DNA of 64,000 nt from a virus (taxonomy: Duplodnaviria; Caudoviricetes): IMG/VR virus record IMGVR_UViG_3300012231_000008, positions 4,334-68,333 of that record; one strand, given 5' to 3'. The notes beneath the pieces are model-generated. The model did not search any database. It was given only the letters and a program-made list of their open reading frames with translations, and was not told where the DNA came from. Positions within the stretch are counted from its first letter, which is position 1; each line of letters opens with the position of its first letter. A program made the translations under genes and the position numbers. Positions 27,882 through 36,398 of the stretch are shown here, piece by piece.

Positions 27882-27907
27882 CGGCACGTCACAATCCAGC
27901 AGGAACC

Positions 27908-27933
27908 AACGCGGCCTTTGCGCCGCGTTTTTT
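27908..27933 (+). terminator. Intrinsic terminator
   Basis: AACGCGGC/GCCGCGTT stem plus T-tract. Confidence 0.7.
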
Positions 27934-27955
27934 ATTGCAACCAACCAGAGGAACC

Positions 27956-29065
27956 ATGGCCGAAGAAAGCTTCACGGAAGGCGCTACGGATGACGCAGCG
28001 GTCTCGACTGCAGGTGAGGGGTCTGGCGCAGCGGATACGAAAGGCGCCGCAACTGCGGGAGCCGAAGCGGGCAAAGCAGCCGAAGCTCCACTCGCAGCCG
28101 GAGACGGCAAAGGAGCAGGCGCCCCCGCCGTGGCTGCGAAGGGCGCGACGCTTGCTGCCGGAGCTGACGTAGCGGCCGAGGATGCTGCCAAAGATGCAGA
28201 CAAGGCCAAGGCTAGCGCCGCCTGGTACAACGAGCAGTGGCGCGAGAAGATCGCCGAGCACATCGCGGCCGGCGACAAGAAGGTCTTCGACAAGGAACTC
28301 AAGCGCCTCCAGCGCATCGCCGATCCTGCCGGCATCTACGGCATGTATCGCGAGCTCGAGGGCAAGTTCACTGGTGGTGGCCTCGTCAAGCTTCCCGGTA
28401 AGGACAGCAAGCCCGAGGACGTTGCAGCCTTCCACAAGGCGCTCGGTGTCCCTGAGAAGGTCGAGGACTACTTCAAGGATCTGCAGCTTGAGAACGGCGC
28501 GGTCATTGGCGCCGACGACAAGCAGTTTTTCGAGAAGTTTGCCGCGGACATGCACCAGGTTGGCATGACGCCGGAGCAGATGAAAAAGGCGGCTAGCTGG
28601 TACTACAAGGACCAGGAGGATCGGGCGGCGCAGCAGGATGAGGCCGACGACACCTTCCGGCGCGAAGCCGAGTCGAAACTGAAGGAAGAGCTTGGCCCGT
28701 CCTATAAGCGGGTGACCAGCGCCATCGCCTCGATTTTTGCCGCGGCGCCTGGCGGTAGCGATCCCAGCAACCCCAACTCTCTCTTCTCCCGGTTGCTCAG
28801 CGGGCGCACATCCGACGGCCGCGTCATCGGCAACGACCCCGACATGGTCCGCTTCCTCGCCTCCATGGTGCAGGAGATCAACCCGGAGATGTCGGTTGTT
28901 GAGCCTGGCAACCAGGGCGGCATGTCGATCGATGCGGAGCTTGCGCAGATCGACAAGTCGCGCCGTGAGAACCGCGCGGCCTACAACAAGGACTACAAGA
29001 TGCAGGCGCGCGAGCGTGAATTGCTCGAAGCGCAGATGAAGATTCAGTCCCGGCAACGTGGCTGA
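27956..29065 (+). CDS. Capsid scaffolding/assembly protein
   Basis: Ala-rich N-terminus, acidic helical body, directly before capsid gene. Confidence 0.8.
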   Translation: MAEESFTEGATDDAAVSTAGEGSGAADTKGAATAGAEAGKAAEAPLAAGDGKGAGAPAVAAKGATLAAGADVAAEDAAKDADKAKASAAWYNEQWREKIAEHIAAGDKKVFDKELKRLQRIADPAGIYGMYRELEGKFTGGGLVKLPGKDSKPEDVAAFHKALGVPEKVEDYFKDLQLENGAVIGADDKQFFEKFAADMHQVGMTPEQMKKAASWYYKDQEDRAAQQDEADDTFRREAESKLKEELGPSYKRVTSAIASIFAAAPGGSDPSNPNSLFSRLLSGRTSDGRVIGNDPDMVRFLASMVQEINPEMSVVEPGNQGGMSIDAELAQIDKSRRENRAAYNKDYKMQARERELLEAQMKIQSRQRG

Positions 29066-29238
29066 TGCGCGGCCAACCCGGCTTGCCGGCGCCGCGCCCT
29101 AGTAAACACGCGTCAAACCCCGACCGTTCGTGAAGCCCCTTAGAGTGTGAGTAGCGGCCCCATCAGGGCAACCCGCGAAAACAAGCAGAGGACAACCAGA
29201 ACGCAACGGCATCCCCAACCGCTCAAGGAGATGCCAAC

Positions 29239-30072
29239 ATGGCTGAGAGCGCACCACAGGTACAATACCGCCGCGAGCTCGTGGCGGAGTTTGAGGAGGG
29301 CATGAGCTGGCTGCGCCAGACCACCGTCACTGAGGCGGTGATCAAGGGCAACACAGCGACCTTCCTGGTTGCAGGTTCCGGCGGCGCTTCCGCCGTGACC
29401 CGCGGTATCAACGGTCTGATTCCCGCTCGCGCGGACAGTCTGACCCAGACATCCGCAACGCTGGTTGAGTGGCACGATCTTGTTCGCAAGACGCGCTTCA
29501 ACATCTTCCAGTCGCAGGGCGACCAGCGCGCCCTGATGCAGCAGACCACGCGTAAGGTTCTCAATCGTCGTCTCGACGCTGACGTCATCGCTCAGCTCGA
29601 CACGGCGACCAACAACCTTGGTGGCGCTTCGACCTTCGCTCTGAGTGCTGCCGCGAAGGCAATCGTTACCCTCGGCGAGAATGAGGTTCCCGTCGAGGAA
29701 GTCGACAAGATGTGGGCTGTCGCGACCCCTGCGGTGCGCGGCTACATCATGCAGCTCCCCGAGGCAACGAAGATCGACTACGTCGATCAGAAATTCCTCA
29801 CGGGTCCCGCGCGTCGGCTAATGCGTTGGGCCGGATTTAATTGGGTGTTCCACCCCAATTTGACCGGCGTCGGGACCTCCAGCGAGAAGTGCTACTTCTA
29901 CCATCGCGATGCGATCGGTAGCGCATTTGACGCTGGCGAGGGTCTCAACACGGCTATCGGCTACGACGACGAGCAGGACTACTCGTATGCTCGCGCTTCG
30001 TCGTTCACCGGCGCCAAGATGTTGCAACAGTCCGGCATCGTGCAGTTCCTGCACGACGCGTCGGCTATCTAA
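29239..30072 (+). CDS. Major capsid protein
   Basis: AAGGAG RBS; QYRRELVAEFE...FYHRDAIG...MLQQSGIVQF; position. Confidence 0.85.
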   Translation: MAESAPQVQYRRELVAEFEEGMSWLRQTTVTEAVIKGNTATFLVAGSGGASAVTRGINGLIPARADSLTQTSATLVEWHDLVRKTRFNIFQSQGDQRALMQQTTRKVLNRRLDADVIAQLDTATNNLGGASTFALSAAAKAIVTLGENEVPVEEVDKMWAVATPAVRGYIMQLPEATKIDYVDQKFLTGPARRLMRWAGFNWVFHPNLTGVGTSSEKCYFYHRDAIGSAFDAGEGLNTAIGYDDEQDYSYARASSFTGAKMLQQSGIVQFLHDASAI

Positions 30073-30086
30073 GGAGGGCAACCACA

Positions 30087-30365
30087 ATGGCTACCTACTC
30101 CAAAGATAAAATGAAGCTCATGAGTCAGGGCCTCACTGGCTTTAAGATCTGGAGCTACCACGACACCGGAACGGTGCTCGATGTGGCCGGATTTTTTGCC
30201 AATGCCGGCGACATGGGTGTGGACAGCGGTGACCTGATCATGAGTAGCGGTGGTGGCGTGACGAAGATCGTCAGGGCCGCTGCGTTTGCTCCCGGTTATG
30301 TGCAGGATACGGGCGCGACGCAGGGCACGACCGGCCCCGCTACCCTCATCGGCGATACCGGCTGA
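30087..30365 (+). CDS. Small capsid-associated protein with 3 DTG motifs, ending in DTG
   Basis: Follows MCP before terminator; YFANA-like GFFANAGDMGVDSGDLI. Confidence 0.75.
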   Translation: MATYSKDKMKLMSQGLTGFKIWSYHDTGTVLDVAGFFANAGDMGVDSGDLIMSSGGGVTKIVRAAAFAPGYVQDTGATQGTTGPATLIGDTG

Positions 30366-30387
30366 TCCAGAGTATCAGAGAACTACG

Positions 30388-30419
30388 AGGGGCCGGCATC
30401 GCGCCGGCCCCTTTGCTTT
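30388..30419 (+). terminator. Intrinsic terminator after capsid genes
   Basis: AGGGGCCGGC/GCCGGCCCCT stem then TTGCTTT. Confidence 0.75.
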
Positions 30420-30439
30420 GCAACCCCCAAGGAGATGTC

Positions 30440-30826
30440 ATGGCAGTCGCCACCACTAAGCCTACCGTTGCTACGCCTGCAGGCACCGAGCTTGTCAAGC
30501 AGACCATGCGTCAGGTGCAGCCCAAGAAGGCCGCGCCGTCGAGTCTGCAGTCGCTCGGCCAGGATTTCGACATGCTGGCCCACAAGCCCGGCCCCGATGT
30601 CACGCTCGCGGATGTTCTCAAGCCCGTCTACTGGGCCAACGTCGCCAATCTGGTGGCCAAGGATGCCTTGAATACCCGTCGCGACAAGCTCGGCTCCCTG
30701 ATCTACGTGCGCCCCGAGAGCGGCGCGTACAAAGCCATCCTCACCATCGAGGGCATCTCGCTCGACCAGTTCGGGCAGGCCAACGGCCTCAAGGTCGAGC
30801 CCTGGCTCCTCGACAACAAGGAATAA
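30440..30826 (+). CDS. Hypothetical protein
   Basis: AAGGAG RBS, ATG 30440. Confidence 0.65.
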   Translation: MAVATTKPTVATPAGTELVKQTMRQVQPKKAAPSSLQSLGQDFDMLAHKPGPDVTLADVLKPVYWANVANLVAKDALNTRRDKLGSLIYVRPESGAYKAILTIEGISLDQFGQANGLKVEPWLLDNKE

Positions 30827-30832
30827 CGCGCT

Positions 30833-31471
30833 GTGGCGACCAAACTCGGCATTTTCAATGCAACGCTCGACGAACTCGGGCATCGCCCCGTTACCGATAC
30901 GGGCGAGCCAGTGGAGGCGGCGCGCGTGCTTTCGCGCCGCTACGACCGGGTGGTCGCCGATTGCCTCTCCGAGGCGAGTTGGAATTTCGCCATGGAGACC
31001 ATCGAGGCGACGTCGGACACGGGCGTCACACCAGAGTTCGGCTACGGCGAGGTGTTCGCTAAGCCCTCAGATTGGGTGCGAACCATCAGCGTATCGATGG
31101 ACGAGTATTTCTCCTACCCGCTCCTGCAATACTACGACGACGCCAACTTCTGGTCGGCGGACGTGAGCCCGCTCTACATCCGCTACGTCTCGAACGACAC
31201 CGGGTTAGGTATGGACATGACCCGGTGGACGCCGGCGTTCACCCGCTATGTCGAGCTGGAACTGGCGCACCGCGCCTGGCGCATCAACAACGACAAGTCG
31301 CTGCGCGAGGAGATCGGCCAGATGCGTGATCGGGCGCGCAAGGCCGCGAAGAACCAGGACGCCATGAATGAAGCGGCAACCAAGTTCCCGCCGCCATCCT
31401 CATGGACGCGGTCGCGTTGGGGTGACGGCGGCGGGAACGATCGCGGCGGCCGCGGCAGCTTGACGGGATGA
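30833..31471 (+). CDS. Tail tubular protein A (adaptor, T7 gp11-like); 3 DTG
   Basis: IFNATLDELG...YDRVVADCL...WNFA...FAKPSDWVR...IRYVS...FTRYVELELA. Confidence 0.85.
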   Translation: MATKLGIFNATLDELGHRPVTDTGEPVEAARVLSRRYDRVVADCLSEASWNFAMETIEATSDTGVTPEFGYGEVFAKPSDWVRTISVSMDEYFSYPLLQYYDDANFWSADVSPLYIRYVSNDTGLGMDMTRWTPAFTRYVELELAHRAWRINNDKSLREEIGQMRDRARKAAKNQDAMNEAATKFPPPSSWTRSRWGDGGGNDRGGRGSLTG

Positions 31472-31475
31472 CCTT

Positions 31476-34400
31476 ATGACGAAAGCGAACGTCCCGTTCC
31501 TCAGCTTCAACCGCGGGCTGATTTCTCCGAAAGCCCTGGCGCGCGTCGATATCGATAAGTTGCGGCTTGCGGCTGAGGTGTTTACGAACTGGATTCCCAA
31601 AACAACGGGGGCCATGATCATCCGACCCGGCACGAAGTGGCTGGGAAGCTCCCTCAACGACACAGGCGCTGAGTTTTTGGAGTTCGTGGCCTCGACCGAC
31701 GATGTGGCATTGCCGGAGATCACCCACAACAAGATGCGGGTGTGGCTCGGGACCGATCCGCACAATATCTCTCTGCTCGGTCGGCCAGCGGTCGACACCG
31801 TCGTTGCGATAGCCGATACGGGATGGTCGAATACATCGACCGGCGGCGCGTTTGCGACGTCCGCCTCCGATCTAATGCCGACCATGAATGGGTACACGAC
31901 GTCTACCGCGGAAATAACCGCATCCTCCGATGATGCTGTGCAGGAGCGGCAAGCGTGGCGTGCTGCGGACGACGATAACGCCACTTATTGGCAGGACACA
32001 GGCAACAGCGAGGCGTCGACGCTGCCCACATGGTGGAACGTCGACTTCAGCTCCAACGGCGATACCGGCAACCGCAAAGCGGTCCGTTCCTATAGCATCC
32101 GTTCAACCGAGAACGCTGCTTTTGTGTTGTCCGCTCCCAAGAAATGGTCGCTGCTTTCCAGCAACTGGGACACCGGAACCTACGCGACCGATACGGGAAA
32201 GTGGACGCTCACGGATACGCAAGGCTCTGAGACTGGCTGGGCGGTCAACGAGAGGCGCACCTATCGGCTTCCCGATGCTGATACCGGCACGATCGACATC
32301 AAGCGGCACTGGCGGCTCTATTTTACTCAGATTGTCGGGGGTGCCGACGCCTCGCTCCGCATCTCTGAAATCGAAATGTTTGATGCCGCTACCGCGCAGC
32401 AGGTGAAGCTACAGGGCGGCAAGCGCGTCTTCAATGCCACCGCCACGGGTTCCCTGGCGCGGCTCGAGAGGACCGTGTTGGTGAGTGATACGGGGAGCGA
32501 GCACAGCCTTGCCATCTATGTCGAGCGTGGGCCGATCACTCTGCGAGTCGGATCAAGCCAGCGTGGTGACGACTACATCAATGAGACCGCGTTGGGAACA
32601 GGCTACCACAACTTAGCCTTCACGCCGCTAGGCAACTTCTACATCACGCTGCAGCACGATGGTCTGGTAGATCGCATCGTCTCCTCTATCGCCATCGGCG
32701 ACAGCGGCACCGTCGAGCTCACCGCGCCGTGGGAGGCGGCTGATCTTGAGAACATCCGCTACGACCAGTCCGCCGATGTCGTCTATGTGGACTGCGCGGG
32801 TGTCCGGCCGCAGAAGATCGAGCGACGCGGCACTGGGCGGTCGTGGAGTGTCGTCGACTTCGCGCCTAACTTCGGGCCGTTCCTGCCCACTGCTTCATCG
32901 ACAGCAAAATTGCAATTCGGGGCTTACATCGGCAACGCAACGCTCAACTCGGACATCCCGCTGTTTACGGCTGATCACGTCGGAGCATTGGTGCGGGCTT
33001 TTCACGGTGGTCAGGACGGCGTGTGGCGACTTGGCGATACCCAGGTCAGCACCGACGCCATTGAAGTAACCGGCTACAGCGATACTGGAGGCGGCGCAGA
33101 CAGTGAGCGTCAGCTTGTGTTCACTGTCACCGGAACCTGGAGCGGATCCATTGTCATTGAGCGCTCTTTTAACGGGCCGGAGGAAGGGTATCACAGCGTC
33201 GATACAAACTTCGTTGCCGGAGGGCTTGGTGCTGAGGATACCGGCAGCTTCACGCGCACCATCAATGACCGGGATGACAACGTGGGGGTGTGGTATCGCG
33301 CACGCGTGAGCTCGCACACGAGCGGCGTGGCCGTCGTCAGCATAACCTACAAGGGTGGCGGCATTACCGGCGTTGCGCGCATCATCGGCTACAACTCCGC
33401 AACGGACGTAGATGTTGAGATTCTGTCGCGCTTCTCCGATACGGGGCCTACCGACAACTGGCAGGAGGGACACTGGTCGGCCCAGCAAGGATTCCCGACC
33501 TCAGTTGCATTGCACGGCGGTCGCCTCGCCCACGCCGAAGGCGGTCAGCTCTTCATGTCTGTGTCCGACGATTACGAGAACTACGACGATGGCACGGTGG
33601 GTGATGCTGGTCCCGTTGTGCGCGCGCTGGGCTCGGGTCCGGTCGATGCTATCCGCTTCCTAATCTCAAAGTTGCGGCTCCTGATCGGCACGGCTGGTGC
33701 GGAAATCGCGCTAACAACCTCCTCGCTCGATGAGCCGGTGACGCCGACCAACTGCAACGCTCGGTTGTTCTCCAGCAAGGGCAGCGCCAACGTGCGAGCG
33801 TTACACCTCGATACCAGGGCCATCCATGTGGGTCGGGCGGGTAACCGTATCTACATGATCGGCCCATCGGATGCAGCCTTTGGAGACTATGCCTCGTTTG
33901 ATCTGACTCGGTTGGTGCCGAACCTGCTTGATGCCGGCGTTGTCTCGATCGCCGTGCAGCGCCATCCCGACACGCGCGTGCACTGCGTTCTTGCCGACGG
34001 CAAGGTCGCCATCCTCACCTACGAGCCAGAGGAGGAGGTGGTGTGCTGGTCGATGTGGGAGGGCGATACGGGCACAGGGGCGGCTGTGGAGAAAGTTGTC
34101 GTGCTGCCTGGAAGCGGCGAGGACGCCGTCTTCTACCACGTCCGACGCACCATCAACGGCACGACTAAGCGGCACCTCGAGAAGTGGTCGAAGGAGTCGG
34201 AATGCGTCGGCGACACCGGCCTGACCTGGATCATGGATTGCTCGAGGAGCTACACGGATACAGGGCGCTCCGCTGCGCTCACGGATATCGCCACGCATCT
34301 GGTGGGCGAGTCGGTGGTGGTCTGGAGTGACGACACGGGCTCGATCCCAGGTGTCGACAGATCATCCGATGTCAACGGCGTGCAGACGCGCTACACGGTC

Positions 34401-34805
34401 GATACAGGTGGCGACGTCACGCTCTCGACAGCCGTGCATCATGCCGTGGCTGGGCTGCCGTACCGCGCGCTCTGGAAGAGTGCCAAGCTTGCCTATGCGT
34501 CCGAGGCCGGCACCGGGCTTGCGCAGTTAAAGCGCGTGGACAAGATCGGGTTCGTGTTGTGGCAGACCCACAATAACGGGCTGTTCTTCGGCAACGATAC
34601 CGGCAACCTCGACCCGCTCCCGCGCATCATCGACGAGGGCGCCGAAGTCGATGCGGACAAGATATTTGCGGCCGAAGAGCTGATCGCGATGCCGTTTCCA
34701 GGTTTGTGGAAGGCGGACAGCCGCATCGTGCTGCAGGGCAAATCGCCAAGACCGGCAACGGTTCTCGCTGCTATTCCCGGCGTCGACGTCAACGAGAAAG
34801 TCTAA
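31476..34805 (+). CDS. Tail tubular protein B (nozzle, T7 gp12-like), enlarged; 17 DTG
   Basis: SFNRGLISP...GAMIIRPGT; YDQSADVVY; GFPTSVALHGGRL; AVAGLPY. Confidence 0.85.
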   Translation: MTKANVPFLSFNRGLISPKALARVDIDKLRLAAEVFTNWIPKTTGAMIIRPGTKWLGSSLNDTGAEFLEFVASTDDVALPEITHNKMRVWLGTDPHNISLLGRPAVDTVVAIADTGWSNTSTGGAFATSASDLMPTMNGYTTSTAEITASSDDAVQERQAWRAADDDNATYWQDTGNSEASTLPTWWNVDFSSNGDTGNRKAVRSYSIRSTENAAFVLSAPKKWSLLSSNWDTGTYATDTGKWTLTDTQGSETGWAVNERRTYRLPDADTGTIDIKRHWRLYFTQIVGGADASLRISEIEMFDAATAQQVKLQGGKRVFNATATGSLARLERTVLVSDTGSEHSLAIYVERGPITLRVGSSQRGDDYINETALGTGYHNLAFTPLGNFYITLQHDGLVDRIVSSIAIGDSGTVELTAPWEAADLENIRYDQSADVVYVDCAGVRPQKIERRGTGRSWSVVDFAPNFGPFLPTASSTAKLQFGAYIGNATLNSDIPLFTADHVGALVRAFHGGQDGVWRLGDTQVSTDAIEVTGYSDTGGGADSERQLVFTVTGTWSGSIVIERSFNGPEEGYHSVDTNFVAGGLGAEDTGSFTRTINDRDDNVGVWYRARVSSHTSGVAVVSITYKGGGITGVARIIGYNSATDVDVEILSRFSDTGPTDNWQEGHWSAQQGFPTSVALHGGRLAHAEGGQLFMSVSDDYENYDDGTVGDAGPVVRALGSGPVDAIRFLISKLRLLIGTAGAEIALTTSSLDEPVTPTNCNARLFSSKGSANVRALHLDTRAIHVGRAGNRIYMIGPSDAAFGDYASFDLTRLVPNLLDAGVVSIAVQRHPDTRVHCVLADGKVAILTYEPEEEVVCWSMWEGDTGTGAAVEKVVVLPGSGEDAVFYHVRRTINGTTKRHLEKWSKESECVGDTGLTWIMDCSRSYTDTGRSAALTDIATHLVGESVVVWSDDTGSIPGVDRSSDVNGVQTRYTVDTGGDVTLSTAVHHAVAGLPYRALWKSAKLAYASEAGTGLAQLKRVDKIGFVLWQTHNNGLFFGNDTGNLDPLPRIIDEGAEVDADKIFAAEELIAMPFPGLWKADSRIVLQGKSPRPATVLAAIPGVDVNEKV

Positions 34806-34821
34806 AGGAGAAACGCTAGCC

Positions 34822-35067
34822 ATGGGTATGTTCGAGACGCTTGGAAAGGTGTTCCAAGGTGGCGCGGGGTCGTCGATTGCTGGCGGAGGTTTCTCGCCGG
34901 GAGGCATCCTGCAATCGGCGTTCAAGCCGATGGGCATGATCGATCTCATCGGGGATAGGTTCAAGTCCGACCAGGAGAACGGGTCGATCCTCACGGCGGG
35001 CGGGGCTTACAGCGCCCTGAAGGGCAAAGACAAGAAGCCGCCGTCGATCCTCGGCATCGGGTTCTGA
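34822..35067 (+). CDS. Small Gly-rich hypothetical protein
   Basis: AAAGGAG RBS. Confidence 0.6.
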   Translation: MGMFETLGKVFQGGAGSSIAGGGFSPGGILQSAFKPMGMIDLIGDRFKSDQENGSILTAGGAYSALKGKDKKPPSILGIGF

Positions 35068-35077
35068 GGGAATAGCC

Positions 35078-35227
35078 ATGGCTGGCCTTGGTGATACGAT
35101 GGCCCTCTTAGCGCAGATGCAGCAGCGAGGACCGATAGAGGGTCTACCGGGTGACGAGGGCATCTTTAAAGCCCCGCCAGACCCATTCGTTCGCCGTGAC
35201 CTGGACTTCCGACAAGATGGACCCTGA
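35078..35227 (+). CDS. 49-aa hypothetical peptide
   Basis: GAGGG before ATG 35078; MAGLGDTMALLAQMQQRG... Confidence 0.4.
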   Translation: MAGLGDTMALLAQMQQRGPIEGLPGDEGIFKAPPDPFVRRDLDFRQDGP

Positions 35228-35293
35228 TTGGATCTATGAGCGGGGAAGGGTGCGAGTCCCGGAGACCATTGTAGGCGGGAAGCGGATTAGATA

Positions 35294-35677
35294 ATGGCGT
35301 CCCCGATTATTCGCGCGGCAACGCGCGAGGACATCGCGCAATTGGCTCGCAAGTATGGCGTCAACCCGACGATGCGCGCCATCGTCATAGATCTCGACGG
35401 CGAGGTGATCGGCGTCGGCGGCGTCTTTCGCTTCGATGCGCGGTGGTATGCGTTCGCCGAGCTTACCGACAAAGTGCGATCCCATCACAAGATGACGCTG
35501 ATGCGTGCGGGCAAGCGCCTCCTCGCCATCGCGAAAGAGATGGGCATCCGCTTCATGTACGCGGATCCCGATGAGAAGCAGCCGCGCTCCGTAGAGTGGA
35601 TGCTCAGCCTTGGTTTCGTTCCTAGCGCCGGCTCCTTCTATCGCTGGAGCGCGCAGGATACAGCGAGGAAGAACTAA
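35294..35677 (+). CDS. GNAT-like protein at the T7 gp13 position
   Basis: IIRAATREDI...GEVIGVGGV...WMLSLGF. Confidence 0.7.
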   Translation: MASPIIRAATREDIAQLARKYGVNPTMRAIVIDLDGEVIGVGGVFRFDARWYAFAELTDKVRSHHKMTLMRAGKRLLAIAKEMGIRFMYADPDEKQPRSVEWMLSLGFVPSAGSFYRWSAQDTARKN

Positions 35678-36387
35678 TGCTTCTTGCAAGAAGTTGGGCC
35701 GGCGGCGGGCAATGCTCGTTCGTGCCGCAGCCCTGCTACGACCCGATGACGATGCTGATGGTCGGGGCAACGGCCGCCGGTACGGGCCTATCCGCCTACG
35801 GCACCATAGCCGGCGGCAAGTCCGATCAGCAGGCCGCAGACTACCGGGCTCAGCAGCTCCGGCAGCAGGCCGAGCTGACGCGGCAGCAGGCTGATGAAAC
35901 GCGCGCGGCGGGCAAGATGGAGCTCGCTGGTGCCCAGGTCGATGCGGCCGAACTCAAGCGACGCAAGGAGCTGGCGCTATCCACGCAGCAGGCCCGCGCC
36001 GCAGCTGGCGGCTTCACGGCGACCGATCCAACGGCGCTGGCTCTGGCAGACGAGGTCGAGCGCTACGGCACGCTGCAGGAGCGGATGGCCGTGTTCGGTG
36101 GCACGTATGCCAGGGCGCAGCGTAACGCGCAGGCGCGTGGGCAGGAGATGGATGCCGGCAATCTGGATACCCAGGCCGCTTACGAGAACTGGCAAGGCAA
36201 GGTCGCCAAGAAAGCCTCATATCTCAAGGCGGCGACGACCATCCTCGGCGGCGTCTCCGGCATCGCCGGCAAATTCAATCCGTCTGCGTCGTTCGCGAGC
36301 CAGGACGACTACAGGTACGGAAGCAAGAATCTGATCGACCGCAACCATAGGTTCGGCACGACCAGCACCTATCGATCATACGGGTGA
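35677..36387 (+). CDS. Ejection/internal virion protein (gp14-like)
   Basis: CYDPMTMLMVGATAAGTGLSAYG then Q/A-rich helix. Confidence 0.75.
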   Translation: MLLARSWAGGGQCSFVPQPCYDPMTMLMVGATAAGTGLSAYGTIAGGKSDQQAADYRAQQLRQQAELTRQQADETRAAGKMELAGAQVDAAELKRRKELALSTQQARAAAGGFTATDPTALALADEVERYGTLQERMAVFGGTYARAQRNAQARGQEMDAGNLDTQAAYENWQGKVAKKASYLKAATTILGGVSGIAGKFNPSASFASQDDYRYGSKNLIDRNHRFGTTSTYRSYG

Positions 36388-36398
36388 GGCAGACATAG

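Noticed and set aside
12685-34805. DTG as the catalytic motif of aspartic (pepsin/retropepsin) proteases
   Set aside because: Up to 18 copies per protein in coiled coils and tail tube proteins, without the hydrophobic-hydrophobic-DTG-A/S context and flap; incompatible with a protease fold
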